Positions 11,951 through 23,106 are shown, counted from the first letter of the stretch. The stretch: DNA of 34,975 nt from Octopus sinensis (GCF_006345805.1 NW_021828085.1:1-34975); one strand, 5' to 3'. The notes: generated from the letters alone by a model not told the origin. Program-made: numbers and translations.

Positions 11951-12539
11951 TCGCTTCAGTCTAAATACATACAGAATGAGACTAAGGGAGATAATTGCCG
12001 TATAAGTTATGGTGTTAGTCTTTTCCATCAATCGGCCGTACTAAAGCCAAAACGTGCTTATTCTATTTGATACAATTAATCGGTTTTCGTTGAAGGAAAT
12101 TCAAATTACTAAGTATTGCGTTGATGTTGAATGTGTATCAATGCTGATTGAAAAAAAACACAAAGGAAACAGTGAGAAAAACCACAAAAGAATTCTTGTG
12201 GTGGATATCTATAAAGTTGAAGAAATTGCACATATAACATATATTCTTTAATAACTTCATTCTCGTGTTTTTGGAGTAAAGCACCATTTTATCCATTCCT
12301 TTCTATTGTTGTTGATGTTGCTACTGTTGCTGTTGTTGTTGTTGTTGTTGTTGTTGTAGCTGTTGTTGTTGCTGTTGTTGTTAGCATTGTTGTCAGTCAA
12401 CAAAACGTGGAATTAGAAACGTAGATTGACCTGCTCCAATCCTGACGTTTTAGTTTGATGGCGGCGGCATAACTGACAGATGTCTGTAATGAGCTGGTGA
12501 TACTAATAGGCGCGCGCAAATGTAATTATATGAGTCCTA

Positions 12540-12749
12540 CATACACACACACACACACACACACACACCACACACACACAATCACACATACACACACACA
12601 CACGGATGGCACAGTCAAACAGACAAACACACACAAACACATACATACATTTATAAATATACATATACGTATGTATGTACATGTACGTGTGTATGTGTGT
12701 GAATATGTGTGTGTTTATGTCTATGTGTGCGCGTGCTGTGCATGTGTGC

Positions 12750-12788
<39 letters not shown>

Positions 12789-13275
12789 TGTGTATATATA
12801 TATGTATGCATATGTGTGCATATACATGAATATAAAAACACACACGCACACAACACACACACACACACATATATAGCTATATGTAAATATGTATATAAAT
12901 ATATAGATGGATGGATACGTAGATAGATAGACAGACAGGTATACACACGCTATATATATATATAATATATATATATGTGTGTGTGTGTGTGTGTATATAG
13001 ATGTACGTATTTATGTGTATGAATGTATGCATGTATGTATATGTATAGACGCATGGCTATATCTGCCAGTCAGTTTTCTGTTTGTCTCCATCTCTCTCTC
13101 TCTCTGTATATATATATATATATATATATATGTTTATACATATATATATATATATGTATATACATATACACACACACACTCACACACATACATACACATA
13201 CACAAATAAATATACACACGCGTACATGCTCATATACGTACATACATATTTACATACATATATACACAAATACAC
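12540..13275. repeat. (CA)/(TA)/(TG) microsatellite field
   Basis: Direct reading. Confidence 0.93.
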
Positions 13276-13468
13276 AGAGGAACGAAATTCCAGTCAATAA
13301 TGCAAGCAATGCATATTTCTAAAGCAGTCAGAAAGGTATGTTGTAATTGCAAGGCCCTAAATTTGATCCCTAATTTCTCCATCTAAATATGTTCCTGAAA
13401 TAGTATCACCGATACTTTTGTGGTAGTCTTAAGATGTGAAACATTTGCTTTATAATACGTGTCTTTCA

Positions 13469-13531
13469 TGTTTAGAGTTCTTACAGAAATTAGGGAAATT
13501 TTGACCGGATATACCAGCAACTACTTTTTTA
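13469..13531 (+). repeat. 63-bp dispersed repeat, identical to 10044-10106
   Basis: Base-by-base identity. Confidence 0.9.
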
Positions 13532-13703
13532 TTTGGGTTTTCAGGTCAGTAAGGCATATGCACAGCGCACGCACACGCACTCACATACACGTACACAGAC
13601 ACACAGATTTGTATGTGTACATGAATATGGATATGTGTAAATATATATATATGTATGTAAACACACACATTCACACATATATATACGTACACACACATAT
13701 ATG

Positions 13704-13734
<31 letters not shown>

Positions 13735-14344
13735 ATGCATATATATGTATATGTATATAGATATGTATATAGATATGTATATAGATAGAGAGCTAGCTAG
13801 ACAGACAGACAGTAAGAGAGAGATGCAGGCAAGCAGACAGATATACAGATAAATAGGTAGATGATTCGTTCTGATTTTCTCTCTGTAACAAACTAAGCGA
13901 TCTTGTGGATGTTCCGTTTATATTGGTTGATAATTGTGCCAGTTTCAACAAGGAATGTAGACCACATAATAGGCACAATTTGTCGATGCCCAATTGACTT
14001 AGGCGAAGATAAATTGGTAGCTATTTCGAAAGATGAAAGCACAAAGATCCCTACAGATGGAGGTCAACTTTGATATATGCTGAGTTAGCAAGATAAGAGA
14101 TATATTGTATTTGATATAAAACAGTATTTTCTCACATCTAACTTTGCTCGCTACCAAAATGTAAAACTTTACATGGATTGTGTTAATGATGGAACTTCTG
14201 TGTAGATGGTAGATTCGCTAGAAATCCCTATCAAGCTTTTCTCAAATCAAACATTTACTGTCTTAATTAAAGAAATGATACATCGGGTGATGTAGTTTTA
14301 CATAGAGCATTTCTGAAAATATATGTATTATGGTCAGCCCTGAA

Positions 14345-14690
14345 GGCGGCGAGCTGGCAGAAACGTTAGCACGCCGGGCGAAATGCCTAGCGGTATTTCG
14401 TCTGCCGTTATGTTCTGAGTTCAAATTCCGCGGAGGTCGACTTTGCCTTTCATCCTTTCAGAGTCGATTAAATATGTACCAGTTACGCACTGGGGTCGAT
14501 ATAATTGACTTAATCCATTTTGTCTGTCCTTATTTGTCTCCTCTATGTTTAGCCCCTTGTGAGTAGTAAGGAAATAGGTATTTCGTCTGTCTTTACGTTC
14601 TGAGTTCAAATTCCGCGGAGGTCGACTTTGCCTTTCATCCTTTCGGGGTCGATAAATTAAGAACCAGTTGCGTACTAGGGTTTTGCCTAG
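14345..14690 (+). mobile_element. SINE family A, dimeric-body form
   Basis: One head; body restarts at ggtatttcgtc at 14392 and 14577 (185-bp period). Confidence 0.9.
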
Positions 14691-15120
14691 AGAAGAAAAG
14701 AATTCAAGATGACTTTAAAAGCATTTGTAAATCATAGAATATCTAAGGAGCCTGTCAGCCACTATTAATTGTTTTCCCTAACGATAGGTGGAAATTCTAA
14801 CCAAACATGAATTGGTAAATTTTATAACTTGGGAATGTGGTTGTTTAGTACCGTACACAGCCAGTTATTTCGCTTTGACTGGTGCATAATTCTTGCGGCT
14901 TTTTTCAACAAATTTTATTCGACAAAAACAATAATAACATGTAACAAAAGCATCTTTTAATTATTATTCCGGAGCATATTCACCATCTACTTCAATTACT
15001 GTTTCCTATTTGCTTGGAAGACGCCAGACCGTCATTTAAAGATGTTTTTGTTAAATAGTGTTATTGGTTTTTGTTGAATAAAATTTGTTGAAAAAAAAAG
15101 CCGCAATAATTATGCGTTGT

Positions 15121-15513
15121 GTGGAAGTGGAAGCACTCCGTCGGTTACGACGACGAGGGTTCCGGTTGATCCGAATCAACGGAACAGCCTGCTCGTGAAA
15201 TTAACGTGTAAGTGGCTGAGCACTCCACAGACACGTGTACCCTTAACGTAGTTCTCGGGGATATTCAGCGTGACACAGAGAGTGACAAGGCCGGCCCTTT
15301 GAAATACAGGTACAACAGAAACAGGAAGTAAGAGTGAGAGAAAGTTGTGGTGAAAGAGTACAGCAGGGATCACCACCATCCCCTGCCGGAGCCTCGTGGA
15401 GCTTTTAGGTGTTTTCGCTCAATAAACACTCACAACGCCCGGTCTGGGAATCGAAACCGCGATCCTATGACCGCGAGTCCGCTGCCCTAACCACTGGGCC
15501 ATTTCGCCTCCAC
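15121..15513 (-). mobile_element. SINE family B, intact young copy
   Basis: About 3 differences seen versus the reverse complement of 10705-11093; no clean TSD. Confidence 0.95.
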
Positions 15514-15633
15514 TACATGAGGTTGTATGTCTACATATGTACGGTAGATTGACATAAAAAAGAAGTAAGTTAGTGAACGCTATTACCAGTTTCTATTTAT
15601 CCGGAGGTGCGTGATTCGATTGCTGAAACAAAA

Positions 15634-16139
15634 TCTATATATATAAAACTCTAGTTGTGTGAGTGTCTGTCCCCTTCGATTTAGATTCCTAACTCCTCCC
15701 ACATTTTGCGGTGCAGTTTAACCAAATTCGGGTATCTTATAGTCGTGATTCATATCGAGCCCGTCTGACTATTAGCGCGCGTCAACGATGAGTCTACGAT
15801 TTTAAAAATAATTTAACATAATTTTTTATTCCATTTTAATGCATAAAATGCATCGTGTGTCGATGGCGGCGGATTTGGCGTCCACGCTCACAGCTGCACC
15901 TGTTTGCTTCTCCCCCTTCCCTCCCTCGTGAAGCTGTGGGGAAGGGAGTGTAAAGAAATCAACGTCGTAATGCGTTGTGAAGGAAACCAGCGTTCTTTTA
16001 GAACAACGACTTCATGGCTTGAAGACACCAAAACAGAAATGGCTAAGAAAGCCCGAATTTATAAGGGAAGTAACTCTCTAAAAATGCTTATATAGTTATT
16101 TCCCTTACAAACCCGAGCAACGCCGGGCGATACTGCTAG
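15634..16139 (+). mobile_element. Complete non-autonomous Helitron (506 bp)
   Basis: Host A|TCTATATATATAAAA 5' end; subterminal hairpin cccgagcaacgccggg (16112-16127); CTAG|T 3' end; no TSD. Confidence 0.9.
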
Positions 16140-16274
16140 TCATATATAAAACAAAACTATCAAAACTGGTGATACAGCATGGCTGCGAACTGCAGTCGAT
16201 TTAATCGACTTACACTCTCCCTTGAAATTGCTGGCCTTGTGCCAAAATTTGAAGCTCATGTTAATATGTCCTGT

Positions 16275-16470
16275 AGGGTAGCCAAATGGTAGAATCGTTG
16301 GTGCGCCGGGGAAAATATTTAACGGCATTTCTTCCGTCTTTACGTTCGGAGTTCAAATTTCGCTAAAATCGGCTTTGCTCTTCATCCTTTCGAGATCGAT
16401 AAAATAAGTACCAGAAGAGCAGTGAGCTCGAAGTAATCGACTTAACTCCGTCCTTGAAATATGAAACCAA
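16275..16470 (+). mobile_element. SINE family A, diverged copy (preceded by an isolated family A tail at ~16190-16258)
   Basis: tggtagaatcgtt...gagttcaaattt...ttcatcctttcg...gataaaataagtaccag. Confidence 0.8.
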
Positions 16471-16598
16471 TGTTAGCAGCATTGCTCCTATCCTATCGAG
16501 GGTCATGAATGTTGGGTAATGACCAAAATGGTACGTACGCGAGTTCACCCGGCCGAAATGGGGTTCCCCTGAAGAATCTCTGGATTAACGTTACTCGA

Positions 16599-16645
16599 CA
16601 GGGTGCGTAGCTTGGAGAACAGGGTGCGTAGCTTGGATAACAGGG
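16599..16645. repeat. 21-bp tandem repeat acagggtgcgtagcttgga(g/t)a inside an unclassified GC-richer segment (~16490-17040)
   Basis: Two full units plus a partial third. Confidence 0.8.
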
Positions 16646-17151
16646 AGAACAGGCAGAACAGAGAGATTCCCAAGGTCGAGCCTCTACTTCCCCGCAATGA
16701 GACGTCACAACTTTTGTACGTCATGTGATTTGAATGTTGCAGGAAAGAATCGCGAAGCAGGTTCTTCAAGCCGAGCTAACCGGCAGGAGCCTTAGGGTAA
16801 GCCAACAAAGAGATGGTTGAATATAGACGTTAATCTATAGTTCCAGTTGATAGCAACTGGAATGCAACCGGAAAGTCTAACGACGGTCGATTTTGAGTGG
16901 ATTTTATGGACGAAATGTCTGAGGAATCTACCTGCACGATTCGGAACCATCGAACTTAAAGTCTCGTAGGCTCTTTGCAGAAAACTAGTTTTAAATGATA
17001 ATAATATATGTAAAGTTTATTAAATCTTTCGTTCGTCCACTCACTCGTATGTGTGTGTGTGTGTGTTACAAAGATATATATATATATACACATATACATA
17101 GTATATATACACGCATAGAGAGAGAGAATTAAGTAGCATATAAGTAGAAGG

Positions 17152-17184
<33 letters not shown>

Positions 17185-17231
17185 ATGTGTGTGTATGTGT
17201 GTGTGTGTGTGTGTTTGTGTGTTTGTGTGTT

Positions 17232-17262
<31 letters not shown>

Positions 17263-17399
17263 ATAATATATATATTTATTTAATCTGTGCATATAGAGTA
17301 TATTTGTATCGTTTTTACGTCCTGTTTTTGTCACATTTTTTCTTTCCTTATTGTTACCCCTCTGCAAAGGAATTTTCTTTAATTCTTTCGCAGGAAGGG

Positions 17400-17475
17400 C
17401 TAGTTCGACGAGTCGTGTTCTGTCCTCACCTTCGAAACACGCATGGAGTCGAACTAGGGACAGCTGATGAAGGGG
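17400..17475 (+). ncRNA. Candidate permuted/pseudoknotted hammerhead ribozyme
   Basis: cgtgT-T-ctgtcc ... cttc-GAAAcacg ... ggacag-CTGATGA-a-gggg; stems I and III in exact catalytic register; extra 10-bp helix ctagttcgac/gtcgaactag. Confidence 0.5.
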
Positions 17476-17706
17476 AATTTTCCTTGTGTTGTTTGTCTTG
17501 TACTCTGTTTTTTCGTTGTTAAAAAAAAAGGTCCGTTTTACGTCTATTTGTGGTGTCCTGTACTCACGTATATATATTTATATATGTATGTATATATACA
17601 TGTAGATGTATGTACGTACATATATGTATGTATGTATGCATATATTTTATTCATTAAATTATTGTATGACTGATCGCCCTCGCGTCGTTTCGTTTACTCC
17701 AAGTAA

Positions 17707-17749
<43 letters not shown>

Positions 17750-18489
17750 GTGTATGTGTGCGCACATTATATATGAGAATACCTTTATTATTATCGCCAC
17801 TATTATTTATCATCTTCATCTTTATCCTCTTGCTTCTCATCTCCTCCATCTTCCACATCACCACCATCATATTTTTCCCGCCTCTTTTCGTTGTTCTTTA
17901 CAAACTTTATTACCACTTTCACTATTTACATGCAAAGCCCAGAGCCTTTCGTTCTTCTTGTCAGTTTTGAATAATGAGTATAACATATGAAAACCCATTA
18001 AAATCCTAACCCCTGTCTCTAACCCCTACTCTTTCTTTCTTATATACTTCAGTTTTCCTCTCATTCAAAAACCCCCTCCTTCTACTTTCTGTTTCCCTAA
18101 TAAGCCTGGTTTTTCGAACTAATATACAAAAGCGCCTCATTTACTGTGAAATTAACTATATTACACTATTGATGTTTATGCCATTGCTCGTTCAGGTAAA
18201 GCTTGCTGTCTGATGACATTCGATGGCCGTATACATATATAGTCATGTGCGAGTGCGTATTGTGGATGTGTGCATTGTATAGCTCATTCGTTTGTGTATG
18301 TTTGCATGTTTGTTTACGTGTGTTTCTCTTTAGGTTCCTGCCAATTTTGCTGTTTATCCCTACATATTATATATGCATCCATGTGTTTACGATGAATGCC
18401 TCCATGAATATGCGAGAATCAATCAATCAACCTGTTATTCATTCATCCATCTCTTTCTCTTTCGTTCCCTATTTCTTTCCCTCTTCCTA

Positions 18490-18495
18490 CATACA

Positions 18496-18546
<51 letters not shown>

Positions 18547-18563
18547 GCATGCATGTATGCATG

Positions 18564-18624
<61 letters not shown>

Positions 18625-18625
18625 A

Positions 18626-18660
<35 letters not shown>

Positions 18661-18766
18661 TTAGGGCTAAAAAACCACTAGGTGGATAGCCATATGCTAG
18701 AAGAAGATCACATACGATCTAACTACAAAGAAAGAATGTTCTGCAGAGAAAATTCATTATCTAAAT

Positions 18767-18823
<57 letters not shown>

Positions 18824-18880
18824 ATACTTACATACATATATACATATATGCATATATACACGTATACATGCATGTATGTA
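18490..18880. repeat. (TACA)/(TA)/(TG) microsatellites
   Basis: Direct reading. Confidence 0.92.
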
Positions 18881-19004
18881 AGCTACAGTAACACCCCCAT
18901 TTGTGGTTAGCCATATCGAGATGGCTATTATACTTTACATCTCTAAAAATGCTTATATAGTTATTTCCCTTACAAACCCGAGCAACGCCGGGCGATACTG
19001 CTAG
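18880..19004 (+). mobile_element. Helitron 3' fragment
   Basis: Nearly identical to 22932-23054; ends with hairpin and CTAG|T. Confidence 0.88.
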
Positions 19005-19084
19005 TTATTTATTTAAAAAAAGCAAAAAAAAAACAGAACTAAAGGTAACGACAATACCATCAATATTCTACCACTAGCTAACTT

Positions 19085-19285
19085 TATGGATCAAATAGTG
19101 GGATTAGATTTAAAGAAATGGTATGGAGGCATGTTAAGGAGTAAGGTGACAAATCAGTTTTTGACATACGGAGTGTGTATGACAGGATGTGTACTATCAA
19201 CTGAAGCATGATATACAGAGGCTTGTACCTGGATTATAAGAGCGAATACCAGGCGATGAGGCAGCTAAAGATGGTGACCCATGCA
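19085..19285 (+). pseudogene. Possible highly decayed Tc1/mariner transposase C-terminus
   Basis: Broken frames give MVWRHVKE...MIY RACT...RI...AAKDGD, echoing the C-terminus of the 30033 element; weak. Confidence 0.3.
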
Positions 19286-19420
19286 CAGTCTGACAGGCTG
19301 GTCCTGCATTACATGAAGATCATGAAGACTGGAATTATACATCCATAGGATATTGTCATGAAGGTCAACCGTTGGTTTGGCGTCAACTTTGCGCTATAGC
19401 GCGATTATTAGGCGAGGGTA

Positions 19421-19990
19421 GGCGGCGAGTTGGCAGAAACATTAGCACGCCGGGCGAAATGCTGATCGGTATTTCGTCCGCCGCTACGTTCTGAGTTCAA
19501 ATTCCGCCGAGGTCAACTTTGTCTTTCATCCTTTCGGGGTCGATAAATTAAGTACCAGTTACGCACTGGGGTCGATATAATCGACTTAATACCTATGTCT
19601 GTCCTTGTTTGTCCCCTCTATGTTTAGCCCCTTGGGGTAATAAAGAAATAGGTATTTCGTCCGCCGCTACGTTCTGAGTTCAAATTCCGCGGAGGTCGAC
19701 TTTGCCTTTCATCCTTTCGGGGTCGATTAAATAAGTACCAGTTACGCACTGGGGTCGATATAACCGACTTAATCCGTTTGTCTGTCCTTGTTTGTCCTCT
19801 CTGTGTTTAACCCCTTGTGGGTAGTAAAGAAATAGGTATTTCGTCTGAGTTCAAATTTCGCCGAGGTCGACTTTGCCTTTCATCCTTTCAGTGTCGATAA
19901 ATTAAGTACCAGTTGCGTACTGGAGTGGAAACTAATCGACTTGCCCCGCCCCAAAAATTTCGGGCTTTGTGCCTAGAGTAAAAAAAAGAA
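19421..19990 (+). mobile_element. SINE family A, trimeric-body form
   Basis: Body starts at 19468, 19651 and 19835; TSD tattagg(c/t)gaggg at 19406-19418 and 19991-20003. Confidence 0.92.
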
Positions 19991-20171
19991 TATTAGGTGA
20001 GGGAATTCGATGGCACGCAGCTGCAACTGACCGAGCAAATTCTGTGTCAGCATATCTAGAGGTTGAAGGCGCGAAGGAAAGGTCAGTTAGATGGTAGCGA
20101 TGCATTAGAGAGATGGAGCAGGGTAGAAGTCCTACATATGAGACTTGTTGGAGTAAAGGCAAGAAAACAAA

Positions 20172-20243
20172 ATTCACTCAGCTGAGTGAGCTTGACCAAC
20201 GTGAAATAATGTGCCTTGCCCAAGGACACAACACATCACCCGG
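20172..20243 (-). mobile_element. SINE family E fragment
   Basis: Reverse complement of ~20920-20985 (gtcctt.ggcaaggcac.ttatttcacgttgg). Confidence 0.7.
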
Positions 20244-20602
20244 TGTTGCTTGGGTTTGTTTCGGTCCTTTAGAATTGGAATTTTTGAAAAGTAAAAATTT
20301 TGCATTATGCAACTTGTTATTCTCTTCAAGTGAACATTTTTCCAGTTGAAATACAACGAAAAATGGTGACACAGCAGTCAAAAATCGTAAAAAATAGGGA
20401 TTTTCATAGAAGAAAAAGCACCTTTTTGATGTAAATAATTTTTGGTGTTAACATGGTCCGATTTGAATTTTATCTTCTACAGAATGAAGAGCAAGCCTCT
20501 CAATTTTGGTCAACTTGCGCTGCAGGGTCTCGAAAGAGATAGTGTTAGTTGAAGGCTACCAAACCTGCCACACACAGACAACTTCAGTTTTATATATATA
20601 GA
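20233..20602 (-). mobile_element. Helitron of a related subfamily, with a second 5' end at 20720
   Basis: Minus strand A|TCTATATATATAAAACT at 20602 and at 20720; degenerate 3' hairpin acaaacccaagcaacaccggg at ~20239-20259; terminal CTAG absent. Confidence 0.7.
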
Positions 20603-20758
20603 TTTGCTACACACTACTTTCCACCCTTAATAATGAAACTTGGTAGATCCAAAAGTTAAACACACAGACACACACACAGATACACACACAGACACGCAAG
20701 TTGAGTTTTATATATATAGATATGTGGTGGGGTGTATGTATGTATATATGTATAAGTA

Positions 20759-20803
<45 letters not shown>

Positions 20804-20860
20804 ATATATATAATATATATATTATATACACATATGTATATATATAATATATATATATAT

Positions 20861-20990
20861 GGCTCAGTGGCTAGAGCGTCGGGCTCGCAATCACCTGGTA
20901 GTTAGTTCGATTCCCGGACTGGGACATGTATTGCGTCCTTTGGCAAGGCACTTTATTTCACGTTGGTTCACTCACTCTGCTGAGTAAAGC
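20861..20990 (+). mobile_element. SINE family E (tRNA head + CORE-like)
   Basis: ggctcagtgg A box, gttcgattccc B box, tggcaaggcacttt. Confidence 0.75.
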
Positions 20991-21041
20991 TTGTTTTACT
21001 CTTTTACTTTTCCTCCTTTTACTCGTTTACTTATATATATA

Positions 21042-22132
21042 CAGCACCGTACAGAATTCTTCGGCCATTTTAATTTTCTACCAATTCCCAACTTCGCATT
21101 GCTTTTTTTACAGATGAAAAATTGGCCCTGTTGGAGTCATTTCCATACCTTATCATCATATTTTATTGTAGGGGTTCTGAATGAAAGGAGAAGATGCGAG
21201 ACGACGACCAAAAATGGCCGTGCAAAAGTTTTCGTCCACCTCACATAAACCAATCAAGATACAGTGTTTTAAAACAGAATTAAGTCTATAATGAAAATTT
21301 ATTACATTATGTTCATCTGAAGAATTTACTGTATATTAATTATATTTCCCCTGGCTTTCCTTAACTTGAATAATTGCGCCTAGGAAATCTTACACCATCT
21401 TCACAGGTATGAGATATCATTCTCTGTGGCTGAGCTCATACAACACTTCAAGAGTGCGTAGATTCTTCTGACGAACTCTTCTCTTTACTTCTGTCCACAT
21501 TTGCTCGATGATATTTAAGTCAGAGCTCTGAGCCGGCAAATCTTTCAATATATATTTCTTTACTACCCACAAGGGGCTAAACATAGAGGGGACAAACAAG
21601 GACAGACAAAGGGATTAAAATCGATCACATCGACCCCAGTGCGTAACTGGTACTTAATTTATCGACCCCGAAAGGATGAAAGGCAAAGTCGACCTCGGCG
21701 GAATTTGAACTCAGAACGCAACGGCAGACGAAATACGGCTACGCATTTCGCCCGGCGTGCTAACGTTTCTGCCAGCTCGCCGCCCAATCTTTCAATATAG
21801 TAACACCTTCATCAGCCAGACTATGTTGCACGCGATCTGTGGCATGGAGCTCCGTCATGCTGAAAAATCTCACCTTCATCTGAGTCTGGTATCAAATTGT
21901 CCTTCAGTAACTTGGATGTATTTGGCACTATTCAAGTTACCGTTAAATTTAACCAGCTTTCTTGAGCCATTAATTTTTATGTATGTCCTAAAGCATCAGA
22001 CTATTACCCCCAAATTTCACGGTTTTCGTCGTGGAATGTGCGTCGTTTCGCTTTCCTGAAGGCCTTCTGACAAATCCTCGCTTATTAGAATTACAATAGT
22101 TTAAATTGACCGAAGACTTTTGCACGGTGCTG
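21042..22132 (-). mobile_element. Internally deleted Tc1-like DNA transposon with transposase pseudogene
   Basis: TA flanks; TIRs cagcaccgt... (27/32 match); minus-strand motifs TVKFGG, FQHDGAPCH and LPAQSSDLNIIEQMW; N-terminal half missing; interrupted by a SINE. Confidence 0.9.
21553..21785 (-). mobile_element. SINE family A monomer nested in the Tc1 transposase
   Basis: 14-bp TSD aatctttcaatata at 21539-21552 and 21786-21799. Confidence 0.93.
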
Positions 22133-22202
22133 TAACCACATGTGGATGGTTGGCGATTTTTCTCCCTCCATCTTCCTTCTCTTGGACTTTCCTTCGTCTC
22201 CT

Positions 22203-22237
22203 GTTTCTGACGAAGAGCTTTGCTCGAAACATAAAAC
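22203..22237 (+). ncRNA. Minimal type I hammerhead motif (Penelope type)
   Basis: gttt-CTGACGA-a-gagc(ttt)gctc-GAAAC-a-TA-aaac. Confidence 0.7.
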
Positions 22238-22634
22238 TACTTTTCTTTCCTTCCCAGAGCGTCTGCTAATACTTTGTATGTACTCCATCTTCGCGTTGTT
22301 GCTTTTTCTTGTGTTTTTCTTCGTTTTTTTTTTTGGTTTAATTATATATATGTATATGTATATATAGCATGAGGGTACACTTATATTGTTGTTGTTGTTA
22401 GTATCAACTAATTATATCACCCTGGATAATAATAATATCTATGTAAATTCACTCCTGAAAATTTGCTCTTTTTAACAAGCTGAAACTAATGATGTTTGGA
22501 AGCTTGACTGATGAAAGAAAGCCACGAATGTTCCGTCCTGGTATTACCTGTCCGTCTATATGTATCGTCTATTTCGCCGTGTTGGGATTTATGTAGTATA
22601 TATATATATTATATATATATAATATATATATATA

Positions 22635-22666
<32 letters not shown>

Positions 22667-22669
<3 letters not shown>

Positions 22670-23054
22670 TTATATATAAAAGTAGCGTGTTATGTCTGTC
22701 TCTACGATTTAGATTCCTAATACTCCCACATTTTGCGGTGCAGTTTAACCAAAACCGGGTATCTTATAGTCGTGATTCATATCGAGCCCTTCTGGGTATT
22801 AGTGCGCGTCTACGATGAGTCTACGATTTAAAAAAAAAATTACCATCAATTTTTCCCATTTGTAATGCATTTTTGGCATATATAAGGGAAGGAACTCTCT
22901 AAAAATTTATTATTAAATCTCAGAACGTAAAAAGCTACAGTAACACCCCCCTTTGTGGTTAGCCATACTGAGATGGCTATTATACTTTACATCTCTAAAA
23001 ATGCTTATATAGTTTTTCCTTACAAACCCGAGCAACGCCGGGCGATACTGATAG
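22667..23054 (+). mobile_element. Complete non-autonomous Helitron (388 bp) within (TA)n
   Basis: A|TCTTTATATATAAAA 5' end; shares 5' ~200 bp and 3' ~60 bp with 15634-16139; ends ATAG|T (CTAG variant). Confidence 0.88.
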
Positions 23055-23065
23055 TATAATATATA

Positions 23066-23106
<41 letters not shown>

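Noticed and set aside
16550-16585. GAAA...CTGAAGA as a second permuted hammerhead
   Set aside because: No stem II or stem III in register.
18205-18245. CTGATGA followed by a small hairpin
   Set aside because: GAAA box absent; at best a dead relic.
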